A stretch of DNA of 64,000 bases. Origin: an uncultured delta proteobacterium (GTDB lineage Bacteria > Desulfobacterota > Syntrophobacteria > Syntrophobacterales > Syntrophobacteraceae). The notes beneath the pieces were generated by a model. It saw only the letters and a list, made by a program, of their open reading frames with translations. It searched no databases and was not told where the DNA came from. A program made the translations under genes and the position numbers. The stretch spans positions 32,001 to 96,000 of the forward strand of contig CAWEHK010000051.1 in assembly GCA_963808625.1 (NCBI GenBank), in the 5' to 3' direction. Positions 20,350-31,796 of this stretch are shown here, in pieces (position 1 is the stretch's first letter; the number at the start of each line of letters is the position of its first letter).

Positions 20350-21122
20350 GCGGCATTCAAGAGCCTTTCTCCGAAGGCAACTCTTTGATCCACCGCCTCG
20401 ACCCCCGGGGCAAGACAATCGTGGCCGGCCTTTTCGCTGTTATGGTGGCCGTGGCCAAATCCATGCCCGCGGCCTTGGCCGGGCTGGTGCTGTCTCTGCT
20501 CTGCCTGGCCCTGGCGCGTCTTCCTCTGAAAAAGGTGATCGTGCGGCTGCTGGTGGTGAACAGCTTCATTTTTTTCCTCTGGTTCGTATTGCCGCTGACC
20601 TACCCGGGGGATGCGGTGCTTACCTTCGGGCCCCTGTCCGCCACCCGGCAGGGCCTGATCTTCACCGCTCTGATCACCCTGAAATCCAATGCTATTATCA
20701 TTGCCCTCATGGCTTTGGTCGCCACGGTGCCGGTCGTCACTCTGGGACAGGCAATGCACGATATGCGGTTGCCCGACAAATTGTGTCATTTGCTGCTCTT
20801 TACCTACCGCTACCTCTATGTCTTTGAGCAGGAATTCCACCGCCTGGTCCAGGCCATGAAAATCCGCGGCTTTCAGCCGCGCACCAATCTCCACACCTAT
20901 CGCTCCTACGCCTATCTGGCGGCCATGCTGCTGGTGCGCAGCTATGACCGGGCCGACCGCGTTTTTCAGGCCATGTTGTGCCGTGGTTTTCACGGCATTT
21001 TTTACAGCCTGCGCACCTTTTCCTGGCAGCGCCGTGATTGGGTATTAGTGGTGGTATCCACGCTGGCGTTGGCGATGCTCCTCTATCTGGAGTGGCAGAT
21101 GCCCAACCTCGCTAGTGAGGAT
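20346..21122 (+). CDS. cbiQ: CbiQ/NikQ ECF T component (no stop before cbiO in this assembly)
   Basis: HRLDPRGK, FTYRYL, AMKIRGF, RSYDRADRVFQAMLCRGF. Confidence 0.85.
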
Positions 21123-21812
21123 ATGATGAGTGAACCATTGATTGAGTTGCATGACATCACGTTTGCCTACCCCGGAGCCACCCACCCGGTTTTTCAGGGC
21201 CTGAACTATCAGCTCCTGCCGGGCAAACAGATCGGCCTCATCGGTCCCAACGGCTGCGGCAAGACCACCCTCTTGCACCTGATCATGGGGCTGTTGCGCC
21301 CCCAGGCGGGCAGCATCGTCGTTTTCGGGCAGGAAGTCAAAAAAGAGAAGGATTTCGTCGAGGTCCGGCAAAAGGTGGGCCTGCTGTTCCAAAACGCCGA
21401 CGATCAGCTCTTCTGTCCCACCGTCTTAGAAGATGTGGCCTTCGGCCCACTGAACCAGGGGAAACCACCGGCGGAAGCGATAAAGATCGCGCGGGAGACC
21501 ATGGAGCGGCTGGGACTTGAGGGCTTCGAAGACCGGGTGACCTATAAGCTCTCCGGGGGCGAGAAGAAACTGGTCTCCCTGGCCACCGTCCTGGCCATGC
21601 AGCCTCAGGTGCTCCTCCTGGATGAGCCCACCGCGGGCCTGGATGAGAAGACCAAGAAGCGTCTCATCCATATTCTTAAGAACCTGGATATTACTTTCAT
21701 GGTCGTGTCGCATGAAAATGATTTTTTGGAGCATACCGTGGGGGAATGCTGCCATGTTCATACCAGCTTTTGCGAATTTATTCCAATGGGCCAAGGGGGG
21801 AGATTGTTATGA
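21123..21812 (+). CDS. cbiO: CbiO/NikO ECF ATPase
   Basis: GPNGCGKTT, FQNADDQLFCPTVLEDVAFGP, LSGGEKK, LLLDEPTAGLD; the C-terminus looks short. Confidence 0.85.
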   Translation: MMSEPLIELHDITFAYPGATHPVFQGLNYQLLPGKQIGLIGPNGCGKTTLLHLIMGLLRPQAGSIVVFGQEVKKEKDFVEVRQKVGLLFQNADDQLFCPTVLEDVAFGPLNQGKPPAEAIKIARETMERLGLEGFEDRVTYKLSGGEKKLVSLATVLAMQPQVLLLDEPTAGLDEKTKKRLIHILKNLDITFMVVSHENDFLEHTVGECCHVHTSFCEFIPMGQGGRLL

Positions 21813-22844
21813 GAAGCGCACGTTATCTCTTAATGGTATTGTTCGTACTATCACTGACCGCATCGAAGCCGGTTTGGTCGGCAAGGGAATCACCCGGAAC
21901 AGCCGGCGAAAAGGTTGCAAGGGAGTCGGGGGCGCCTGCAGAGCGGTGCTGCGATTGGAGGCCGCGGCGAAGGCTTCGAACCCGAAGCTGAGGCAACTAA
22001 GGGAGAGGAAATCCCCGCCACCTTCGGGCCCATCGTCACCGATACCGCCATACCCGTCGAGAAGGGCAAGTTCGTGATTCAGCCCACCTTTGGCTACAGT
22101 TTCGTAAATAGCATTTTTAACGAGAACTGGAAACGGGCTTCAGCCGGCGGCAATTTCCAGTCCTTCTCCATGGATTGGAAATTGACCTACGGCCTGATCG
22201 AAAACATGGAGGTCTTCGTGGTCATCCCCTATGCCCACAACTGGGCCAGAAAGGTCATTGAACCGGGCCCCGATGGCGAGACCTCGGCGAATTCCGGCGG
22301 CCTGGCCGATATCAACCTGACTTTGAAATACCGCCTGGTGGAAGAAACGGAATGCCTGCCCACCGTAACCGCCTTGTTTGCCACCGATTTCCCCACCGGC
22401 AAATTTAAGAACCTGAATCCCAGTGCCCTGAATACCGATGTTATCGGCGGCGGCGCCTATGTCTTCACCCCCGGGGTCAATGTTTCCAAGTATATCAAGC
22501 CATTCATCGTCTACGGCAATCTCTGGTACTCGATGCCCACCTCTTTTACTGACGACGGCGGGAAGGCGTATCCTGGAGATTTTGTCACCGTCAATCTGGC
22601 CGCCGAATATCCCATAACCAAAAAATGGGTGGCCCTCCTGGAGTTGACCAGCTCCTGGGGCGGCGGACGTCTCTTCGGCCCCAAGACCAATTTGCCGCAA
22701 GAGTCTCTGGTTTCCATTATGCCGGGAATTGAATACATGGCCACGGACAAATTTTCCGTGGCTCTGGGCTTGAATATCGACCTCGTCGGAAGAAACACCG
22801 ACGTCGCAATAACGCCGCTATTGTCCATGGTCTATGGTTTCTAA
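21809..22844 (+). CDS. Outer-membrane beta-barrel 'transporter' (MetA/phenol-degradation-like family), frameshift ~21920
   Basis: Signal peptide, GPIVTDTA, GLADINLTLKYRL, DFPTGK, alternating beta-strands, terminal Phe. Confidence 0.65.
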
Positions 22845-22942
22845 ACCGCTGCCGGTAAGGAGATCGTTGCGAGACGGTGACAATTTCGTAGCGCAACTGC
22901 AGGCTTTGCTTGCCAACAATCAAGCTTAAATGGAGGGAAATC

Positions 22943-23515
22943 ATGAAAAAATTCTTTGTGCCTTGCCTATGTCTGATGTTCGTCCTCGTTCTGACCCAGG
23001 TCAGCCTGGCTCATTTCGGCGTGATCATGCCTGACAAATCCATGGTAATGCAGGGCGTCAGTCCCAAGCTTGAACTGACCCTGGCGTTCTGCCATCCCTT
23101 TGAACAGAATGGCATGGTCATGGCAAAACCTAAGGCCTTTATGGTACAGTCCGGGAAGGACAAAACCGATCTTCTCAAGAGTCTTCAGGAAACCAGGGTG
23201 TTGAACAACCAGGCCTGGAAGACGAGTTACACTCTGAAGAAACCGGGGGTCTACGCCTTTTACTTCGACCCCCAGCCCTATTGGGAAGGCGCTGAAAACA
23301 AATATATCATCCACCAGACCAAGACCTATGTGGCTGCCTTTGGCGGAGAAGAGGATTGGGACCAGGAAGTGGGTTTGAAGGCCGAAATCATTCCCCTGAC
23401 CCGTCCCTTTGGCCTTTACGCCGAATGTGTTGCAGGGCATATTCAAATTCAAAGGCAAGCCGGTTGCCGATGCCGATGTGGAAGTGGAATACTGGAACGC
23501 CGAGAAGAAGGTGAC
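22943..23515 (+). pseudogene. DUF4198 (nickel-uptake-associated periplasmic protein), C-terminally truncated
   Basis: SLA-HFGVIMP, FCHPFE, PQPYWEGAENKYIIH, GLKAEIIPLTRPFGLY; recognisable sequence ends after VEVEYWNAEKK. Confidence 0.75.
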
Positions 23516-23883
23516 CGCTGTGCTATTCCTGCTCTTCGTGGTGAGTTCTTGAACTTGGCAACATTCTTCAGGTGCTAAATAATTTCTTCGGCATCAGCGT
23601 CACTCTGGGCACCTTCTTAACGGGAGGCGGCTGGAACTCTTTCCTCATCGAGGAACACCATCGCTTGAAAAATCCGTTTTCACCACGCATCACAGACCCG
23701 ATGCGGTGCATCCGCAGAGCTGACCAGGCCTTCAGACCGGTCATAAAATGCCAGGCAATTTGTTGTGCTGTTGCGATATTGCTAGACTGGAATCCGTTAT
23801 GAAAAAAAGGAGTTGACTATTCTTGCGATGGTTGGGTTTATTGAGCGGTCTGACATTTCGCACATACCAGCAATGAATGGCAG

Positions 23884-24828
23884 GTGATCAAAGTGCGGCA
23901 AGAGCTTACCCGTGAGGAACTTCTCCTAAAGATTGAATCACTGGAACAAGCAACCTCCCGGCGCAATGAAGCTGAGGAGTTCGCCGAGGCGGTCCTGAAT
24001 TCACTGTCCGCTCACATAGCCATCTTGGATCGTAATGGCATCATCATCCAGACGAACCGCCCATGGAAGGAATTCGCCCAAGCCAATCAAATACGGATGC
24101 GACCGGATACCGTCACCGTCAATTATATCGAGTTGTGCGATTCCGCCATTGGTGATTCCGCGGAGGGAGCGCGTGATGTAGCCGGCGGCATAAGGGCAGT
24201 CATCGCCGGTGACATCGATGAGTTCGTTATCGATTATCCCTGCCATTCCCCTCAAGAAAAGCGCTGGTTTTATATGCGCGTCACACGCCTGTCGGGCGCA
24301 GAGAGTCTGCGAATAGTCGTGAGCCATGAAAACATCACCGCTCTGAAGACGGCGGAAGAAGCCCTTATAAAACGAGAACTTGAACTGGAGCGGCAAACAC
24401 AGAATCTCGAAGAAGCCAACACCGCGCTTAAGGTTTTATTGAGGCAGCGGGAAAACGACAAGAAAGAGTTGGAAGAGAAAGTTCTTATCAACGTCAGGAA
24501 TTTCATTTTTCCATATCTGGAAAAACTCAAGAATACCCGTTTGGATGACCACCACAGAAACTATTTGGAGATAATGGAATCCCACCTTCAAGACATCATT
24601 TCACCGTTCTTATACCGGTTGCGTGCTGAGCATCTCCATCTGACGCCTCAGGAAATCCAAGTGGCAACTTTGGTTAAGGATGGCAGACCGACGAAAGAAA
24701 TTGCTCAAATTCTTGGTGTTTCCGCGAATGCCGTGGATTTTCACCGGAAGAACATCCGGAAAAAATTCAGGCTAAACAACGTTAAGACCAACCTGCGGTC
24801 CCATCTGCTTTCCTTATCTAATCTGTAG
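23884..24828 (+). CDS. PAS + LuxR-type HTH transcriptional regulator
   Basis: VLNSLSAHIAILDRNG...YPCHSP...RWF...VSHENIT (PAS); LTPQEIQVA...TKEIAQILGVSANAVDFHRKNIRKK (LuxR). Confidence 0.88.
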   Translation: MIKVRQELTREELLLKIESLEQATSRRNEAEEFAEAVLNSLSAHIAILDRNGIIIQTNRPWKEFAQANQIRMRPDTVTVNYIELCDSAIGDSAEGARDVAGGIRAVIAGDIDEFVIDYPCHSPQEKRWFYMRVTRLSGAESLRIVVSHENITALKTAEEALIKRELELERQTQNLEEANTALKVLLRQRENDKKELEEKVLINVRNFIFPYLEKLKNTRLDDHHRNYLEIMESHLQDIISPFLYRLRAEHLHLTPQEIQVATLVKDGRPTKEIAQILGVSANAVDFHRKNIRKKFRLNNVKTNLRSHLLSLSNL

Positions 24829-24962
24829 CTTCCACCTACCATTTTGCTACTGACTTTCTCGTATTGCCTTATCCTCAATCGATGTCATTTTTAAAGGGAA
24901 CAATTGGGTAGAGGTATGAAAGAGATGAGAATTTGCAGTCGCCTATCAAAGGAGGTGTAGTC

Positions 24963-25160
24963 ATGTTGTGCAGTCTTTCAACAAAACTGGATGAAAGGGA
25001 TCTTGGCGCCATCACCGCTCTGGAGAAACAATTGGGAAAAACACTCTTGGCTTTTTCATGCCATCCTCTGAAGCCTGCGGAAATCAGCAAGGAACAATTG
25101 GCCAAGATTCAGGAAGTCGAAAGCAAGCTGGGTATTTCATTGGTAGCCGTGAATTCTTAG
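24963..25160 (+). CDS. Small hypothetical protein with an internal duplication
   Basis: RBS AAGGAGG; halves ITALEKQLGKTLLAF / IQEVESKLGISLVAV. Confidence 0.7.
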   Translation: MLCSLSTKLDERDLGAITALEKQLGKTLLAFSCHPLKPAEISKEQLAKIQEVESKLGISLVAVNS

Positions 25161-25291
25161 CCAAAAGATTTGAGTTGACATCGCACAGGATGCCATAGAC
25201 GTCGCGCGGGGAAAGGTGGGGCTTTGCAGGAGTCTGTCATCGGTGCTCGCCTGAACTCATTTTTCCGTGAACAGACCGGCGCATCTGAGGA

Positions 25292-26125
25292 TCACTTCAC
25301 TTTGAAAGTTTGGGGGAGCCGCATGTCTCTCCCAACTATTGCGTCTCCAGGCACCAAGGTAATCCTGGGCACTCCTTTAATGGGATTGTTGTCCACAAGC
25401 AGAACACAGCCATAAGTTTCCTCCAGGGTCTCAAAAGTAAGCACCTCAGCGGGCTTCCCCAGGCTCACTATGCCGCCGTCTTTCATAAGCAAGAGGCGAT
25501 CGGCGTAGAGTGCGGCCAGATTCAGATCGTGGGATACCATGACGGCGGTTACCCCCTCATCGTTTCGAAGCTGTTCCAGGAGGTCCATGATCTGGACCTG
25601 ATGGGCCAGATCGAGCGCTGAGGTGGGTTCATCGAGGATTATGATGCGCGGCTGCTGGCATATAGCGCGGGCGATGAGGACCCGCTGGCGCTCCCCGGCG
25701 CTGAGATGGTCCAGTTTGCGCCCGGCAAGATGGACCACATGAGTGAAATGCATGGCTCGCTCGGCGATTTCCAGATCTTTTCGCCGTTCCAATCCCATCC
25801 AGGGGAGATGAGGCGAGCGTCCCATGAGCACCACTTCCGCCACGGTAAAGGGAATGTCCACCGGGGCCACTTGCGGCACCACCGCGACACATCGGGCCAG
25901 TTCCTTTCCCGAGTAACTCCGGAGCGGGCGACCGAGAATCTGCACCTCCCCCTGCTGCGGCCTGGCAGCTCCGGACATGGCCTTCACCAGTGTGGTCTTG
26001 CCGGAACCGTTGGGCCCGATGATGGTAAAGAACTCTCCTTCGAGCACGGAAAAGGAGACGTCATTCAGGACCCTTCTGTTTCCATAGGAGAGCTTCAGAT
26101 GCTCAAGCATCAATGCCGATTTCAT
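25292..26125 (-). CDS. BtuD-like cobalamin ABC ATPase
   Basis: GPNGSGKTT, LSAGERQR, ILDEPTSALD, VSHDLN; lies in the B12-riboswitch operon. Confidence 0.88.
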   Translation of the reverse strand: MKSALMLEHLKLSYGNRRVLNDVSFSVLEGEFFTIIGPNGSGKTTLVKAMSGAARPQQGEVQILGRPLRSYSGKELARCVAVVPQVAPVDIPFTVAEVVLMGRSPHLPWMGLERRKDLEIAERAMHFTHVVHLAGRKLDHLSAGERQRVLIARAICQQPRIIILDEPTSALDLAHQVQIMDLLEQLRNDEGVTAVMVSHDLNLAALYADRLLLMKDGGIVSLGKPAEVLTFETLEETYGCVLLVDNNPIKGVPRITLVPGDAIVGRDMRLPQTFKVK

Positions 26126-26195
26126 CGCCGCCGCCTCTTGAGCTTCAAACGGAGGGCGGACATTCCTGTCCGCCGTTCTTGCATCAAAGCGTGAT

Positions 26196-27269
26196 TCATC
26201 GTTTCGATCTCTGGAGCAAAAAGATAAAGAGCGGCGCACCGATCATGGCCGTGATCACCCCCACGGGCATTTCGCCCTGCGCCGGGAGGAACCGCGCCAG
26301 GAGATCGCACCATACCAGATAGGCGCCGCCGCCGAGGATGCAGGCCGGCACCAACACGCGATGGTCCGGCCCCAGAAGAAGCCGCAGCAGATGGGGCATA
26401 ACCAGCCCGACGAACCCCAGGAGCCCCGACTGGCAGACCGTGGCACTGATCATGAATGAGCTCACCACCACGAGAACGAAGGAAACCAGGCGCACATTCA
26501 CTCCCATGTTTGCGGCCATTTCCTCGCCCATAAGGAGCAGGTTCATGGGCCGGGCAAAGAGCAGCAGCAGGACAAAGCAGGGCAGCAGGGAGGCGGCAAG
26601 GACCAGGACCTGATTCGCGTCGGACAGAGAAAGGTCACCCATCAGCCAGAAGAGGATGTTGTGAAGGCGAGAGTCCTGCGTGAGGGAGAGGAGAAACATG
26701 ATGACCGACGAGCAAAAGGCATTGACCATGACTCCGGCCAGGATCAGGGAATCCTGTTTGAGCGACAGTTTGACGGAGGCGATGACGAGCACCAGAATGA
26801 TCGTGGCCATACTGCCGCCAAAGGCTAAGAGGGCCACTCCGGGGAACCGCGACAGGCCAAGAAGGATACCGATAATGGCCCCGATGGCCGATCCGCCGGA
26901 AATGCCCAGGATGTAAGGCTCGGCCAGGGGATTGCGCAGTATGGCCTGAAAGACGAGCCCTCCCAGAGAAAGCGTAGCCCCTGCCAGAGCAGCCAGCAGG
27001 ACCCGGGGCAGGCGAATGCGCCAGACAATGTTCGCCATCGTCGAAGCCGGGTCCCCATGACCGGTAAGCAAGGCAAACACTTCCCTCAGGTTTTGCCCCG
27101 TTGAGCCGATGGAAAGCCCCAACCAGATGCTGATAAAGAGGAGCAGCCCCAATAACAAGGAGACGGCAAGGACGCGTTTGAGAGATGATCGGGACGCGGA
27201 GAGGGGGAGAAGAGAGGGGGGATCGCATCCCTCCCTCCCCCGTGTCTCCGTGTCACCCCGTCTCCCCAA
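26196..27269 (-). CDS. BtuC-like cobalamin ABC permease (start uncertain)
   Basis: IRLPRVLLA, FQAILRNPLAEPYILG, GFVGLVMPH, EMPVGVITAMIGAPLF. Confidence 0.9.
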   Translation of the reverse strand: MGRRGDTETRGREGCDPPSLLPLSASRSSLKRVLAVSLLLGLLLFISIWLGLSIGSTGQNLREVFALLTGHGDPASTMANIVWRIRLPRVLLAALAGATLSLGGLVFQAILRNPLAEPYILGISGGSAIGAIIGILLGLSRFPGVALLAFGGSMATIILVLVIASVKLSLKQDSLILAGVMVNAFCSSVIMFLLSLTQDSRLHNILFWLMGDLSLSDANQVLVLAASLLPCFVLLLLFARPMNLLLMGEEMAANMGVNVRLVSFVLVVVSSFMISATVCQSGLLGFVGLVMPHLLRLLLGPDHRVLVPACILGGGAYLVWCDLLARFLPAQGEMPVGVITAMIGAPLFIFLLQRSKR

Positions 27270-27285
27270 TCTCCGTTTCCAGGCG

Positions 27286-28213
27286 TCACCACAACTCCGG
27301 GTGAATGAGTCTGGCTAAGAGCTCGAGGCCTTCCACCAGCCGCGGAGAGGGCCGATCGAAGAGGTTCGATTCCACGACATAGACACGGCGGTTGCGAACC
27401 GCAGGCAGACTGCCCCACTGGTTCCATTCGTCTCGCACCGGTTCGAAGTCCTGCCCCCGGGTCATCGACGTAATGATAATGACCTCGGGTTCCAGCGCCA
27501 CGACCTGTTCCCTGGAAAATCGGGGATAGGGGATGGAGCCGGCGGCCAGGTTGCGCCCTCCTGCCGTAGTGATGAGCTCGTCAATGAAAGTGTGCGTTCC
27601 CACGGAAACGATGGGAACGATGCCGATCTGGAAGAAAACCGTCGGCCGCTCTTTAGTCTTTGCCACCCGTGATTTCACTTCCGCGATCCTGGCGCGCATC
27701 TCCCCGACCAGCGCCTGCGCTCTCGGTTCGGCCTGCAGCAGGCCGCCGATTTCCAGCAGGGTATCCAGGACCGTATCGAGATCCTTCGGGTTTACGGCAT
27801 AGACCGGTATCTTCAACGCTTCCAGTCTTTCCACCACCTCTTGCGGGTTGCCGTCCCGGGTCCCGAGGCAGAGGTCCGGTTTCAAAGCCACGATCCTTTC
27901 CAGGTCCGGATGCACATAGGAGCCGATTTCGGGCAAAGACCCCGCTTCCGGCGGAAAATCGCAGTGATGGGTGACCCCCTTCAGACGATGCCCCTCACCC
28001 AGACCGAAAACGATTTCGGTTATGCTGGGAGCCAGCGACACCAATCGTTCGGGGTTATCCGGCACGATGACATCCCGTCCCAATTGATCCCTGACCAGTC
28101 CTGCTTCGCCAATGGCGGCGCTCGTCAGGAGTGAACAGGCATGCGGCTCCCGCCAAAAGAAGGATACCGACCATTTCGATGGTTTCTCGTTCTAGCATTT
28201 TGGCGATGTGCAT
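27286..28213 (-). CDS. BtuF-like cobalamin-binding protein (N-terminal frameshift, start approximate)
   Basis: PERLVSLAPSITEIVF, PDLERIVALKPDL, LPAVRNRRVY, RPSPRLVEGLE. Confidence 0.85.
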
Positions 28214-28383
28214 TGCCTGCCCATCACGTTCTGCATCATTTCCTCCTTGGGGGCGAAGAAACTTGTCCCAGAACATCTTTGATTCATTTCAGCCCCTTTT
28301 CGAAACACGAAGAGCACGAAGAAATCATTTCGTGTTCTTCGTGCTCTTCCTGTTCTCCGTGGCAAAAGAGGGGCTTTTATATT

Positions 28384-28518
28384 TGATGGTCTCGCAAAAA
28401 GGCCCACAAGGTGTTTCTTCGTCATTCCGGCGAGCGCCGGAATCCAGTGCTTTCAATGAGTTAGAAAATGCCTGGACCCCGATTTTCACCGGGGTGACGG
28501 CTTTTTGCGAATCTATCA
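28384..28518. mobile_element. MITE-like element with REP-type core
   Basis: Imperfect TIRs TGATGGTCTCGCAAAAAG / CTTTTTGCGAATCTATCA. Core is GTCATTCCGGCG..CGCCGGAATCCAG and CTGGACCCCG...CGGGGTGAC. Confidence 0.7.
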
Positions 28519-28532
28519 TATTTGAATACCCC

Positions 28533-29459
28533 CTAACTGGTCAGCTTGAATTGAACCGGCAGCACCATCCATGTGGCCACCGCCTTGCCTCGATAGATGC
28601 CGGGTTTGAATCGCCAGCGACGAATGGCTTCCAGGGCGCTTTGTTCAAAATAACCTTCGGGGTTGGCCGCCAGGATCGAAGGCCGGGAAACATGACCGTC
28701 GGGTTCGACCAGGAATCTTAGCACAACCTTGCCGCAAACACCCTGCATGCGAGCTCTCGGAGGATACATCGGTTCAACTTTTTGCAGGGCTTGAGGAATC
28801 TGATCCACCGCGTCCGCATTGAACTCGCCGGCATCGGCGCCCGACCCCGCCGATGAGCCATCTGCAGACGAGAAACCGCGGCCATCTCCTGAGCCCTTTG
28901 CGCCCTGTCCCTCCTCTCCGCTCGTTCCGGCGATTTGCGGGCTGGCATCCCGGTCAGATGGCGCCGCCGCTGAAGGCGACCCATCGGAAGGGATCGCGGA
29001 TGCCGACGCGCTTTCCAAGGGCTCGCTTTGGGGAGAGGCGGGAGCCTTTTTCACCGCCTTACCTGCCGAGGAAGACACCCGCTCGACCCGTTTGACCGTC
29101 TTGGGAGGATCCGGCAGGGGGGCCTTTTCCCGGGGTTTTTCCGGGGAAGGGCGAGACGCCTCGATCTGGGGCGCTCCCTCAGCCCCTTCGACACTACCGG
29201 CGTCGCTGGACCCCCCTATACTTCCTCCCCTCTCCACCAGGTTTACGGTGACAAAAGAACCATGAGACATGGGCTGCGGCTGGATGGTGGGCATAAGCAG
29301 GAGGGCCACGGCAACCAACATATGGGCCAACGTGGACCCGCCGGCCCCCAGGATCAGGTCTTTGGGGGTCACCCTGCCCGCTGGGCGGAGCAGCGATGCT
29401 CCGTCGGACAGGTCCAGTTCCGTCAGAAACGACGCGCTGAGGGAAGGTCCTTGATCCAT
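28533..29459 (-). CDS. tonB: TonB family energy transducer (second copy)
   Basis: TM STLAHMLVAVALL, Pro/Ser-rich linker, PMYPPRARMQG...FEQSALEAIRRWRFKPG. Confidence 0.9.
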   Translation of the reverse strand: MDQGPSLSASFLTELDLSDGASLLRPAGRVTPKDLILGAGGSTLAHMLVAVALLLMPTIQPQPMSHGSFVTVNLVERGGSIGGSSDAGSVEGAEGAPQIEASRPSPEKPREKAPLPDPPKTVKRVERVSSSAGKAVKKAPASPQSEPLESASASAIPSDGSPSAAAPSDRDASPQIAGTSGEEGQGAKGSGDGRGFSSADGSSAGSGADAGEFNADAVDQIPQALQKVEPMYPPRARMQGVCGKVVLRFLVEPDGHVSRPSILAANPEGYFEQSALEAIRRWRFKPGIYRGKAVATWMVLPVQFKLTS

Positions 29460-29522
29460 GCTCGGGATGCTCCAACATCGATCACCATCCAGGCGACAGG
29501 TATTCAGACCGAGTCGACTCCA

Positions 29523-31574
29523 CTAATGAAAGGGAGAGACTGTCATACGACTTACTGCCTTTTCCCTGGCGGCCAACCCGCTCAACAGGGCGTTGAGCGA
29601 CATTCTCATGACGATCGGAATCTCGGGCGAGGTGATATGATCCGTCCCGTTCATGATCCGACTCCCCGCGATTTCATCCGCCACGCTTCGGCACCACCAT
29701 CCAAAAGGTTCGAGGTTCGTTATTTGCCCTCTTTCGTAGGCGTCGCTGAGGGCGAAGGCGGCTCGATGAAGGACGCATAGCGAGGTTGGAGGAGAAGCTC
29801 TTCGAGGCGGGCCAGGTTCTGTCGCTGCTTGTTCTGATCGACAGGACCATCGCACTTCGCCAGAAGTCCAGGGAGGTCAAGATGTCGCTCCTGAAGGCGG
29901 CGAAAGACATTACGCCCAGCGGCGATGCCGTTTTGCCGGTAGACGGCTTCCTTCACCCCGTCATAGACAGCCTTTGCAATCAGTTCGCCCATCTTGCAGT
30001 GCCCCCCGGCGTTGTCGATGGGGGTCCCCGTGCCCTCAACCACCAGCACTTCGTCCGTTCCCGTGCCCGTTGCCTGATTCGCTGAGGGCTTGCGGAACTG
30101 CGCACATCCAGGTCCTCCATCGCCGCCGTCTTGGCTTCCGTGGCGCTGATGATGGCGCGCGTCCGGGCCCGCGAACTGAGCTTCATGTTGGTCATAAGAA
30201 TCACATTGATGGTGCCGGGTTCATAGAACCGTCCTTCATCCACGGACATGCGCACGGCGTTGCTTTCGACCCCGGCCGTCACCAGAGCATAGACGGTCAT
30301 GTCCGGTACTGCGCCTTCTGCACCGAAAGGTTCCCCATGTCGGCGCCGGTAAAAAGAAAGCAACTGTTCTCCTTGGCCTTTCCGATGGCCTTGCAGATGT
30401 GGTTCCGGGATTCTTCGAAACCTAGCCGGTGAACGATGTTCCAGCAGGGGGGCGGTGAATAGTGGTTGCCCACCGCGAGGATCCCCTGTCGCTCGCCCTC
30501 GAGGGTCGAGGTAACGCGCATGGGCTCCTTGAATTCGACCACCAGCGTCTTGTTGGGGAAATCGAAGATGGGGGTTTCGTCCACCCTTGCCGACCGCACA
30601 TAGGCCAGAGGAATATCCAGGGGTATGGTTCGAAGGAGCCTTTCCTCGAAGACCCGAGCCCGCCCACAGGCGAATTCTTCCTCATAGATCGTCGCCGCCA
30701 GCCAGGCCACAAACTCCCCGGCATGCACCGAGGCGCGGCAGGTCAGGGCACAGGGGAAATAGTGAATCCTGCCCGTGCGCACCGCCTCCACGTCCTTCCA
30801 GCCCGGACTGGGAGAAAAATTTCTCCGCCAACTCCCGGTCCCCGCCGCAACCATAGATAACCTGAGGGTCGAAGCGTCGCCATTCCTCGAGCGACACCTC
30901 AACCGCCCCTCCGTTCTTCCCGAATTCGGGAGGGATGCCGCCGGCGGCGCGGATGAAATCGTTTTGAAAGGAATCCTCACCAGGCGTCATCACCTGATCC
31001 CGGCCCATGATCCGCATGACCCGCCGGCGTTTCTCCCGTGGGATTTTTTCGACCTTGTTCGAGATGAGTTGCAGCTCGTTCTGGATATTCTCAACGATTT
31101 CTTTGGCCTGCGCTTCCCGGTCAAAAATCACCCCCAGGGTCTTAATATTCCGAAACAGATCAGCCACTGAGCGGGATTCCAGGTCAATCACCCGGCACGA
31201 CCGCCCGGCAAAATGGTTGCGAACCTCCTGGTGCAGCGGGAGAGAAACACCAGATCGGGATCGAGGGCACCCATTTGCGCCAGGGAAGGAGTGAGAAAGC
31301 CGCCCACAATCACTTTCTGGTTCACTTCGGGCGGCAGCGTGTCGTGATAGGTGAGACCCAGCAGGCAGTCGCCGGCGCCCAGCCGAAAGATTATCTCGGT
31401 CACGGCAGGCACCAGGGAGATGACCTTCCGGGGCTTTTCAAGGAAGGTAACCTGGCACCCTTTCGAATCGCCGACACTGACCGGATAGGCGGCCAGCAAA
31501 GCAGGGCTGCCTGGCAAGAGCAGAAAAGCCACCAGCAGGTGTAGCAGTGCCAGCAACAGTTTGATGATTCTCAT
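29523..31574 (-). CDS. cbiZ: BtuF-like binding domain fused to adenosylcobinamide amidohydrolase CbiZ (multiple frameshifts)
   Basis: N-terminal PRKVISLVPAVTEIIF. C-terminal pieces: VGNHYSPP, FLFTGADM, ALVTAGVESNA, PGTINVI, AIISATEAKTAAMEDL, GGHCKMGELIAKAV. Confidence 0.75.
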
Positions 31575-31640
31575 GAAAGCACCTTCTGACAGCAGGAGGG
31601 GAGTTACCCCAAATGTCAGTGAAAGAAGTATCCGCGCCTC

Positions 31641-31716
31641 TGTCGGGCGGGGATAAACCCCGCCCCTACGCGGCAAAAGCCCAATTCTCTGTAGGGGCGG
31701 ATTTTATGTCCGCCCA
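31641..31716. repeat. Pair of GTAG-type REP-like palindromes
   Basis: GGGCGGGGATAAACCCCGCCCCTAC and GTAGGGGCGGATTTTATGTCCGCCC. Confidence 0.65.
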
Positions 31717-31796
31717 CAATTCGTCATGATTTACCGACCTTAGTATTGTCCCCGCCTTTCTGCTGTCCCCCACACTCAGTTCGTATCGTCCACGGC

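Noticed and set aside
28305..28350. CACGAAGAGCACGAA palindromic repeat (also ~43218-43287) as a specific regulatory RNA
   Set aside because: It occurs in unrelated contexts and looks like a generic intergenic repeat family.
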